DNA from: Bugula neritina
Taxonomy: Eukaryota; Animalia; Bryozoa
Length of the DNA stretch: 64,000 nt
Assembly: GCA_964035545.1 (NCBI GenBank)
Contig: OZ037768.1
Span: 7,038,741-7,102,740 of the forward strand
Direction: 5' to 3'
Part shown: positions 1-12,000 of the stretch, in pieces
How the letters are laid out: every line of letters begins with the position of its first letter
How positions within the stretch are numbered: the first letter of the stretch is position 1
Notes under the pieces: generated by a model
Told to the model about the DNA's origin: nothing
Seen by the model: only the letters and a program-made list of their open reading frames with translations
Databases searched by the model: none
Program-made: the position numbers and the translations under genes

Positions 1-14
1 GCTTATTGTCAAAG
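1..14 (+). CDS. exon 1 (3' fragment), end of an Ig domain (LIVK)
   Basis: ctt att gtc aaa g|gtaata; phase 1 matches the next exon. Confidence 0.6.
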
Positions 15-3000
15 GTAATACAACTCCTACATGTCAGGTAACACAACTTGTGTGCACATTAGAGGTAACACAATTCCTCTCTGAGGACTATAGGCTGTAT
101 AGCCTATGCTGGTAAGCAGAGGAGCAATAAATTTTGACGAGTTTGCTTTTGGAAATACAAAGCAGTTGTAGTCTATATACAGTAGACTTCAATCCATAGT
201 ATTTACACTTATTCTAGTTTTTATAGTAAACTTTATATTACCGACTGATGTGTGGTTATTAGTACATACGTCTGTCTGTTCTGCTGTTCTGTATGAATGC
301 TGAGTGATGTGTGAGTGGGATTTGTACTCAATACTCGAGTTGTTTTGATTGGTGGATAGTGATCCAACTCAGGTTTTTATGTATTCTGAGTTTGTTTTGA
401 CTTTGGAAACTAGATGTTTGTGGGTCTAGCGGTGGAAATAGTAGGTTTTGTATATTTGTTTAGGACTGCATCAAAAGGGCTTTCAGTTAAACGGGTCTGC
501 TCCATGTCTTTGTAGAAACACGGTTCAAATTGGTAGAACCAGACTTTGTGCGAACTCTAAAGTCTTGTGATACTTTTGAGGGCGGTCCATTTGTGCTAGA
601 ATGCGAAGTAACTGGTAGTCCCTCCCCTACCATCTCATGGTATAAAGAGAATGCCAATGTTGACAATTCTCCCGAATATGTCATAACTAAGATTAATGGA
701 ATATGTACACTTAGAACCAAGAGCTCAAATTCTGAACATTCGGGTCGTTATACTTGTCTTGCAGTAAATTCAGCAGGCGAAGCGAGTTCAACAGCCCGAG
801 TTAATGTCATACGTAAGCATCAATGTTTTAGAAGTTTGCAATTGAGTGCGTGTGTGCATTGAAGCTTGAGAGTTTTGAATGTATAACAGAGAATGTGCGT
901 GATGTGGTTAGAACAGTCTACTGGGAGTTATCATTCCTTTTCTGAATGCTTCTTTTGCCCCCAATAATAAGAATCTAAGTAAAAAGTATGCATCAATACA
1001 TATGGACGCTCATTTCAACTGGACATCCAGTATTGCTCTGTAAGGTTATTTGACTTGATTTTCTAATGCCCAAGACCGTTTTGTTATTAAAAAACTATGT
1101 AGATTTACCCTATCTTTATAATATAGATCTATTTGTATTGTAATATAAGAATAGGATTTGTAATGTAAGGACGCAGATTCATCTAGTGATGGCATAATTT
1201 TGGTCCAAATAAAGCCTCAATAATATTGCTAGTAGATATATGTATATTCATATGGATGCTATGAGTAGGTCTCCAAGTTTCTAGTGATACAAAACTAGTG
1301 TTAAGTGTTAGTATTCTTTTAAGGTAGTGCTCACAATAAAATGTTTAGCTGCCCTAATTACTGTAGAATTTTTACAATGGTGGGTTGTGAATTTTTTCCA
1401 GTTTTAGTTAGTTGAAAATGACTTTTAACTTAAAAATATAGAATTTTAGTACTGCAAAGTTTGATACTACCTGTTTTAGGAGTGTTTGTTCTGCATTTCT
1501 AACATGCTTGATTTTGTTGGAGTTATCCCAGTTTTCTCTAATTGAAAGATTGCTTTTTTGCAAACTGGTGTGTGAATATATTACTATGTTTTTAGCTGGA
1601 ATGGCACCGAGACTTGTAGCTCCCCTGCAGGATATGGTGGTAGAATCAGATCGTCCCGTTGAGATCACATGTCAGTTTGAGGCGTCTCCCACCCCTTCTG
1701 TACAATGGTTTAGAGAAGGGTTGGTGATTAAACCCTCTACAGATTTCGCTGTAAGTATTAAAGCTGTTGGAGTTGAAATGTTTGAGATTTGTTTTAAAAA
1801 CCTACAAATAAATTTGCCAATCTATGTTACATAATATAACACATATGCCTAGTAGGTTTGTTATTTCATATTATAAATGTTTTTCACAGTGATATTCGTT
1901 GTTTACAGATACGCAATAGCCCAAATTCCACCACTTTGGAGATTAGTTTAGCATTCCCAGAAGATTCGGGAACGTTCACAGTTGTTATAACCAACTGTAT
2001 GGGGGAAGCAAAGGCTTCTTGTAATCTGCTGGTACGTGAGACTACACCAACTGAGGGTGATGTTGACAGTTGCCCACCAAGTATACCCCAGCCTCTCCGG
2101 TCCAGGGAGTCTATGGAAGGCTCCAAGGTCAGAATGGACTGTGTGGTTGTGGGTCGCCCCGAACCAATGGTAAGATTTTCCAACACCAATCATATACTGT
2201 AGAATCTATAGCCAGATATATATCACATCAGCTTGCTTAGAGACACCAGCTTGATTTTTTATATTGAAAATAGTGACTTCTAATGTATTATACAAAGATG
2301 ATGACCACCACCTCATCTCCACTCTGCCGTATTGTACTGCCTCATTGTCCTACTTCATTGTTCCACCTCCCTGTACCTCTGCCTTATTAATTGCTATCAT
2401 CTTAAGAGCTGAATACTTTTACTCTTGTATTGTATTTAATTGTTATAAAATTAATATATTATAGTCGCTCATTTCTTCTCTTAGATTCTCTGTAGTTGAT
2501 TACATCATAGACGTTAACTACTGCCATGAACTACTGTATAAATGTTAATTGACTACACAAAATAGTTTTCTAATCTTTATAGATACACAATTCAGCCTTC
2601 GCATACCGCATGAATCAGCTAATTGAACTTTACGTGCAGTAGATGTTCTCTAGTGCAAGAATGTAGTCTCTAATTGACTTTAAGTTGTTTTGAGTTCTCA
2701 CTCCACCCGAATTTCTCAATATCTTTTGTAAGAGTTATCATCTCTATGTAGACATAATGACGTTTTTCTATTATAATTAAATTGGTGCATGAAATTGATT
2801 TATTCAATCTTTAGGTTACTTGGCTACACAATGACCTACCAGTGAAAGAGTCCCCAAATGTTCGCCTCTTGTTTGAAGGTAATGTTGCGATAATAATTTA
2901 ATAACTTTTGTTTTGATTGGCTGCATCACTATTACTTATTCTGTTATAATATAATATAATGATAACTTAATGTATTGTTTGAAATATTTTCTGTTATATC

Positions 3001-6000
3001 TAATGCTTGTGAATCATTTCGCACATGCGCTGGCATTACATTACTTTAATACAAGTTTTAAACATTGCATTTCATTATTTAAGCTGAATAATATATAGAT
3101 ATATATATATAAGATATTTGAATTTGTTTTTTGATGAAAGAAATAAATGTATGAACTTACCTTGCATAGTAATAAATGTATACTATTTTGAAATGTGATA
3201 ATTGCTTGTTTTTCAGGTAGTTTTTACTTTTTATTCCTAAGTTTTGAGTCAACTCGAAAAATGAGAAATATGTTTGCTGCTAATTAAGTAATGCTTTCTT
3301 TTTCAGGTGATAGGTGTAGTCTGCTTATCGACAAGGTTAACCAGAGTGACAGGGGTGTATACAGAGTCATTGCTAAGAACCCCCATGGTGAGGCGGTCAC
3401 TGAATGCACTCTGGAGGTTGAAGGTAGTAGTTTTAACCCAAACAAGTTTAGCCATGCTTAGTAGTTGTTTTATTTCCAAACGGATATCTTCATAGTTTAT
3501 AGTCAATTTATTAGTTTCTGCTTGGAGCTATTTTTATCACAACCTTTTTATGCGATGAACTTTAGACATGAATATAGACATTTCTTACTTGTACATATGT
3601 TTATACCAGACAGAGTTATTCCTGTTGTATCTGCCTACATGCAGTTGTAGTGCATAAAGAGCATCTTGTTCTGCACATCAATGTGGGTTGATTGTAGTAT
3701 AGCTGCCTATTTTTTACTGTTATTTGCCCTTTTAGTCAGTAATAATGGTTTTCGTAAGCTATTAGTAATTTCTAGATTAATTAATCATTGCTGATGTTAA
3801 CCAATAGCTCTAAGCATGTAGAATAATGGCAGAAAGTAATGGCTCTGTACAGATGCTATTAACTGCCTGAAATGGCAGCTATTAGTAAACTTGCTGCTAC
3901 TACAGTTTCCACTCAGCATTCTACAGCCATCGCTGTAGCAGTAAAGACAGCCTTTCTAAGCGCTAGTTTTGTTTGCATTGATTTAACTCCAGCTCTGGGA
4001 TATAGAAACAACTGTTATTCTGTGAAGAATATTAATCTTTCACTTTTTGGTCAGCAGCCATTTTGGCTTGCGTGAGAATAATAACTTAGTTATGTCTCAG
4101 AGACGAAATCTGACTAAGTCAATGAGCTCTAGCTTTACATACACTGAGAGTAAGTAGCAATGTGTGAAACAATAGAAGTCAATAAATTTCACATATACTG
4201 TCAACATCTTTCATATGTTAGAATAGAGTGTGTGATTTAAACGATACATTTTTAGGTTGAATTTTTTACTGCTTTGCACATTTTTATAAAATATACATTA
4301 TGTAAAATTTTATTTTTCTGATAATTTTTATATTTGCATTATGTTCTTATAAGTTATGCAGTTTTTGCCTTATAGAATATAATAATTGTGTACGTGTGTA
4401 TGTCAGGTGTGAGTGAACTGAGCGATGTGTCTGTCCCAGCTTCGGAAGAGAGACAATACACTTCAGCCAAGTCCAGTATTCTCCAACAGCAACAGCCAAC
4501 TCCAGCTGGACCCAGCATGCAGCTGGGAGCTCCTCAGCTGGTTCAGGCCTTCCACGACCAGAGAGTGAGACAGGGTGACTCTGTCACCTTCACATGTCAA
4601 ATTGCCGGCACTCCAAAGCCCAAGGTTAGCCGTAGAACATCAAAGTCTCATGTTTTGTAACCATATTGTAGTTTGATACGGTTTGTAAGCGTATGTGTAG
4701 ACGGTACATTAGTTGTCTGCTCATGTGTTCCATGTGCATTTTGAAACTGATTTGAACTGCTTATCTGACCATTTCAACTGACTTTTCAGGTAAAGTGGTT
4801 TGTTGGAGGTGAACCAATTGTCTCCCCTGACTACCAGATATCGAACACGGGAGATATTTATTCTCTGAACATACAGGAAGTGTTTGATGAAGATGCTGGC
4901 AGGTTTACCGTCATCGCGGAGAACCCTCACGGCAAGACTTCCTGCTCTGCGCTCCTCCATGTTGATCTGGATGAAGGAGACGGCCATTCGGTTACCAGCT
5001 CCACTATAAGTACTAAACAGATGTTTACCCAGTAAGTTTATTAGAATATCTGACACTATTTATACTATTTACAAAATCTGGGCCTTACTCAGCCTTGTAA
5101 TTATTTTGTAAGATGTTACTATGAATTGTTTAAAAGCATATGCTATTGGTTTTTTTATGGAAGTTGCTCAAATGTAAATGAATGAAGCTTTTAATATTTA
5201 CAAGCATCAGATATTTCTAATGATTTACCCTCTTTTAGACACGAAACACGGACCACAATCAGTGGAGATCAAGTGACAAGTGAAGAGCATCAGCTCATGA
5301 AGACAACAACAGATGGGAAGACAGAAGCCCAAGAGCATCACAGCTCTTCCACTTCTAGCTTACCTGCCTCTGGCATACCTGCCTCTAGCATACCTGCCTC
5401 TAGCATACCTGCCTCACAAGCACCGCCTACTCTGTTCAAACCAATAGAGTTTAAAGTACAGCTACCATCAGCTCAAAAACAACAAGCACCTGTTCAACCA
5501 ACTCATGTTCAACAGATGCCAGTTCCATCTATGGAGGCCACATCTCCCTCTAAACTACCCGGGCAGCAGGTGCCTGTTCCAGTTGTGCAATCACCAATGG
5601 AGCATTTACCTGCTCAACGTATGCCAATCACGATTGGGCCATCATTCGTGGACCAGGCTTCCCCCAGACCATCTACACAGCAGACGACACAGCAGACGAC
5701 ACAGCAGACGACACAGCAGACGACACAGCAGATGACACAGCAGACGACCTCTTCTGTTCAGATTCCAATGCAGCAGAGGTCTGCCATGCAAATACCAATG
5801 CAGCAGATTCCTGTGCAGCACTCACCAGTTCCACAGTTTCGACAACCTATTACTCCTATGAGGATGTCTACACCAAGATTTTCCTCACCTTCTCCACAAA
5901 GATCCGGTGTGGAGGTGCTAAAACGCCCTCTAGTGAGGTATCCATCGGAGCCTTCTATCAGTTCCCAGACATTTACAGAAACACGGCGCTCTGAGCACAC

Positions 6001-9000
6001 TTATATACAGAATGTAGGCCAGTCTCCACAGCGCTTCAACCCTGTACACATAGACATAGATCTTAGTGGAATAGCCAGTGAGCCAACACCTGCCAAGTTA
6101 AAGAGGCCTTCTCAATTTGCGTCTACACCTGTACGGCCAGGTAAAGTGCTTGTTGTTGTCATTTTATGGAAAAGCTTAAAAACCAATATTTCGAAATGTT
6201 TTGATCAAAAACAAGTATCAATACCGATGTTATATTAGCCATGGACTACTGTAACAAAAATACTAGCAATATCATGTATGTGGTATTATATAAATGCATT
6301 GGAGAAAAGACAATAACAATTTATTGCTAACAATTTAGTTTTTAAATAAAAAAAGCTGTTAGAATCTTGTAAAATATATAAATGGAAAAAGTATGCTCAA
6401 ATTGTGTGAATTTGCTGTATGCAAATGATATTATGGAGGGTTAATTTTTTAGTATTTCATTATATTATTGCTTGCCATCATTTTGTTTTTAGCTGAAGCT
6501 CCAAACTTTATAACTCGCCTCGTGCCAATAACGGTGAAAGAAGGCGATTCTATCACATTGATGGTGACTATAACCGGCACTGATTTGGAAGTTACCTGGT
6601 ACCGAGAGGGGGCCGAAATTACTGCAATTTACAAAAATGATTTTACTGTAAGTTTTATTTTTCAGCTGACATACTAGTATTTACTTCATGCAGTGACTTA
6701 CTTTGAGTCTTCTTTCACGCCCTGTTCTCTAGCCACTGCTCTTCAAATAACCCAGCATTACATGTAGTAAGTGTCTCAGTAATTCTATCAAAGTTTAATT
6801 GACTGCTTTATTTTTACAGACGAGAAGAGATGGCCAGAACTATTTCCTGCATATCCACAAGGCATGCCTAGAAGACACTGGCTTGTTTGCAGTGAAAGCT
6901 GAAAATGAGAATGGTTTTGCATCATGTGATGCTAATGTTACAGTCATTTGTACGTATAACATTTTATGTAATTTAATCTTTCTGTGTTGTTGGTTTATCT
7001 AGTTATGGAGAGTATAAATTAGAAAGTTGCTCAGTGTTCAGAGAGTTGTGTGATGGTATTGCAAAAACTAGTTTTATGTTTTTTTTTACTACTTATTTCA
7101 TTACTACATATTAAAATGGGATGTTACTCTCCGTTGCAATGCAAACATGTCTGCCGAAAGTTCATCTACTTAACCTATAAATCATATTCAAGTGTAAAAC
7201 TAGTTGTGATTATTTTTTTTATTCAGCTGTATTGCCAATTGAGCACAAGCTGACCAAGTTTTCAGGATTTGAAGAAGAATCGACGCCCAAAGACAACAAG
7301 CCGACGAAGCAGAAGACCTTGCCTCCCAGCAGTGCACTATTGAAGTGCCTTATGCTCACACCTCTTCCCCACACCAGGCTGGTGTACGAAGGCGAGAGAA
7401 TCGAAATCAAAATTAGATTAGACGTCAACCCAGAACCTATTATCAAGTGGTATAAAGATGGAGTCGAGTTGAAACCTTCTCACAGAATAAAGATTGAGTA
7501 CTACGGGGGCGTGGCTTGCCTTACGTACAGCTCTGTTATCAAGAGCGACTCCGGCCATTATCTTGTACATGTGGTTAACTCTAAGGGCTCATTGAAGAGT
7601 GAAATGGACTTTTCAGTTGAATGTAAGTTGTTTGGTAGGCTTTGCTATCACCTTGAGTTTTATTGTAGTGTTAGTTAACTTGTCTGATACATAAAGGCTA
7701 TAGACTTGAGACTATTTGCTTAACTAAAATGGTACTGCAATTCTTTGGTGACTAGTCAATATTCCAAAGGCCCATTAGTCCGAAGGTTCATTGGTCCAAA
7801 TGAAGTTGTTTAATAAAATAAAACTGTTGTTATTTTTTATTGTGTAGACCTTGATGTGTTGCACCTAATATGTTTCAGGTTCAAACCCCAAACCCTTAAA
7901 AATGGCTTGCCATATGTGCATGTGTAATAGACCAATATGTTCAGACAAACGAGCCTTCGGAATATTGAGCTGTCCCCCAATTTTTTCATTAGTTATGGTT
8001 ACAATTTTTGTTCTTGAATTTAGCTGGACCTCACCCTGTTGATCAACCAGACATCAGCGGTCTGGTTCCACACCAAGCTCCTCTGCACTACAGTCAGGAT
8101 GAGTCATCAACGGTGAGGATGCAGACTCAATCATCTACTACAATGTATCTTGGGTCAGCAGACAGACAGCCTTTGAGAGGAGTTTGGGCTCCTAGACAAC
8201 AGTCAGAGCCACCTCTTAGGCCGCTCACACCTCATGTCAGTAGAACTATTGTCAGGCCAGCTGGTATGGTGGCATCACCTAATGTAACACATATTCAGCA
8301 AACTCCGGCATTTCCACAACATCAAACAATGCAAGAATCAAATGTTTTAAGACAGACATCTACTCTTTCACAACAAGTTACTCCTCAATACCAGCCAGTA
8401 CCTCAGTCACCTGGTACTCAATGCCAGCCAGTGCCTCAGTCACCTGGTACTCAGTCAGTACCACAGTCACCTGGTACTCAATATCAGCCAGTACCCCAGT
8501 CACCAGCGACTAAGTACTACTCAGTACCTCAATCACCTGGTACTCAATATCAGCCAGTACCACAGTCACCTAGTACTCAGTCAGTACCACAGTCACCTGG
8601 TACTAAATACTACTCAGTACCCCAGTCACCTGGTACTCAGCCAGTACCTCAGTCACCAGGGACTAAGTACTACTCTGTACCACAGTCACCTAGTACTCAG
8701 TCAGTACCACAGTCACCTGGTACTCAATATCAGCCAGTACCACAGTCACCTAGTACTAAATACTACTCAGTACCCCAGTCACCTGGTGTTAGATCAGTAC
8801 CTCAGTCACCAGTTTCTTTCTGGTCGCCTGCCTCTGATGCTCCAATGAAGAAGGTGACATCAGTGCCAGCCTTTACTCTGCAGCAGAAGCTGCCCCCTCA
8901 GTCTCCCGTACACCAATCAACCTACTGGCAACCCAGGTCAGTCAAACTTGGCTACTTTCATAGCATCATACTGCATTACACCATTTACCTATATAACCTT

Positions 9001-12000
9001 CAAATCATTGCACAGGTTTTCAATGTGACCAGATCTGAACTTTTTATTTTCATTGTTTTGAAAGTTTGTTCTGGTAACTTATGCAGAACACCTTCTCAGA
9101 GCCCCTCCAGACCACAAGTTTTGAGAGCTCAGTCTGCCAGCCCGGTTAGAGGCTTAGCGTCTCCCGTGCCTCTGTTTAGACCGACATCCGTGCCTCGTGC
9201 CTCATTACCAGCTCAACAGAAATCTGTTCCCAGGGCTCCGAGTGAGCCGTTGTTGCCCGGCTCATTTAGACCAAAGTTTACCAGACCTCTAGGACAACTA
9301 CCAATGAGAGATGGTGAGCCAGTAACCTTGGAGTGTAGGTTTGATGCATATCCTCCTGCACAGGTCACATGGAGCAGGCACGGGCAGGTCATACCAGACG
9401 GGAATAGGTTGGTTCATATAACTGTTCATTTAACAGTGGTTACACTGTGCATTGCTATCAAGCAGCATTTTTTCTTGCTAGTGTAGAAGCTGTGAACTGG
9501 CTTTTATCAATATTTCAACAAAACATTTCTCATTTATGCTGGGCATAAAGATTTTAGATGGTTTCAGAAATTTCTATTAGTTTATTCTAAATATTAAGTT
9601 TTCAAACTAAAATGATCACCAAGCTATGATTAAAATCATAAAACAATCTAGGAGTAATTTCATGGCCAATACAATTTAAAGATTTTCTGATTACGTCTTG
9701 ACTGAAATTATTTATGATTTTATTTGCTAAACTGTGTTAAACACTGTTTTAATTTTAATGACACGCTATTAAAATAATGCAACTTTACCTTTAATATTAT
9801 AGAAATTAAATTTGATTGTAGTTTTGAAAAATCAGTTGTGCTTTTCTAAAGCCGTAAATCTAGTGCCATTACTTTGGTATATTCTTGTTTCTTGGATATT
9901 TAATGCTAGTTCTATTTTTGTTTTGAAAGCTGACAAATGTCAGCAGCCGTTACTAACCATTTTCTGTTATTCTCACATGTGTTCCTGTAGATACAGGATT
10001 ATGAACACTGAGGCTGCGGGACACGCCACCCTCACTATTAGAATGACTTTCCCTGAAGATCTAGGGGAGTACACATGCACTGCTAAAAATGATGCCGGTG
10101 AAGCAATTACTATCGGCCATCTTGTTCCTGAAGGTAGAACTATTTTATTGTGCACTGTTTCATCTTCGTCTTTGTAAAATGCTATTTCATTTACATTCAA
10201 TTTATTTGCATTTATCTTTAGTTCTATTTGCAACTATTTTATTGCATTATTTTACTAAACACATTTAATTAATTCGAGTTCTGAAAAGTTTATCACTATT
10301 TTAATGGTTTAAATAAACCGATTTTTTAATATTTTGATGTCAAAAAATAAGAATGAATTTTCTGCCTGTTTAAGTTTTTAGTTTGATTTATTAGAATGCC
10401 GTTTGATATGTTTAAACAGCCTCAGAATCAGAGTTTGCTGATGAGTCCAGTGTCTGTGACACTTACAGCGAGTGGGAAGACAGCAGCAGTGTATTTTCTT
10501 TTGCTGCTGCCGAAGACAGCAGCCGTTTTTGTAATTTTGATTTATCTTTCACTGTGTGTTGATTCTTTTATTAGAACTATTTTGAAAGACTACTCTTTAT
10601 ATTTCACCCTGACCAGTTGTGGCATGTTGACATACAACTCAGATCTAACGCCTGAAAGTCCAGTTTGACCAGCATTTATGATTAATAAATGACTGGGGTG
10701 CGATGCAATGCCTCAACATTTAAGATTTGTTTGATGTTAAAACTGCTTCTTGGCATGTCTTTATAGAATGTGTCTTAATTGTTTGATGTTATAAATTTTA
10801 ATTCAACAGTAAATAAATATTTTATCTAAACTGCCATTTTAAAATTTAAATTGGGTGGTTTTGGTTAAATAGCCACGATACTGTGTGGGTAATGAGTTTA
10901 AAGCTAGATCAGTTTAAATGTAGTATATACAGTTGCCGAATAGCTCATTGTTTGTTCTGCAGCTGAATATCAGAAAGTGCTTCATGCTGAAGCTCAGCGA
11001 CAAAGAGAGATATACGACCGGTCGCAGCGCCAGTCTTTGGTGTCGGATCTGGAGACGACATTAACACAGCGTAGTTACACTCCGTCTCAGTCACCTACCA
11101 GGCAGCACCGTGGCGCTACACGCACCTCACCTGTTGTAGTACCTATGAGAACTGAGCCAATCAGACGGGCCTCTCAATCTCCTCATCAGCCAATCAGACA
11201 ACCTTCTCCTGTTTATAAAGCTGTGCACAATCAGCCTATTTATATTAATGGGTCCGCCCCACCGGTATGAATTGTTCACATTTATTTCCCCACTTGGCAT
11301 GTAGTATCTTGTTATATTTTATCTATTTTTTAAGATTACGACTTTATATTTCATACTTGTGGGTATAAACAATAATGCTAATAGAGTGTATAGTAATATA
11401 GGAACCTGTGTAGACAGTTGAATGGAGTCTGAGCTCTAATGCTGTGCTAATATGCTATTATAGGCTGCTCATGAGTCACAGATAGTGATAGACATGGATT
11501 CTAGTCACAGATCTAAGATCCACAGCTATAGTGATGATACGGATGATACAAATCAAGAAACCTATACGGGCAATGTAATGCAACCCCTCATTGTTCAGCC
11601 TCTGAAGGATTTTAAACTTACTGAAGGACAAGATGCCACTTTCTTCTGCAAAGTAGTTGGTGTTCCTAAACCCAAGGTTAGAGTAACTTTTCTTGCTGCT
11701 CTGTTTAAAGGATGTTTGTGAAAAGGCTAGTTTAAGTTTATTTAAAGTTTTGTTTTTACAATATGGTATACTGAAACAGCCTGATTACAAATAGCTCCAT
11801 TTATGTCACAACTAACCAACTAACTTGTTAAAATCGATCACTTGTGGTATTTTTTAATATGACTCTATTTCTATCAATTGTTGATGTAAGCTTTGCATCC
11901 TAGCATTTTACACACAAGCCTATGTGTGTGCAAGTTAAGCTTGCAATGGCTCTCTGTAGTTGCCCTTGTATAAAAACTGATATAAATAGCAATTGTATTT

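Noticed and set aside
7260-7267. Acceptor tttcag at 7265 that would create an in-frame TGA (read-through or selenocysteine idea)
   Set aside because: A better upstream acceptor at 7226 keeps the frame open, so no recoding is needed
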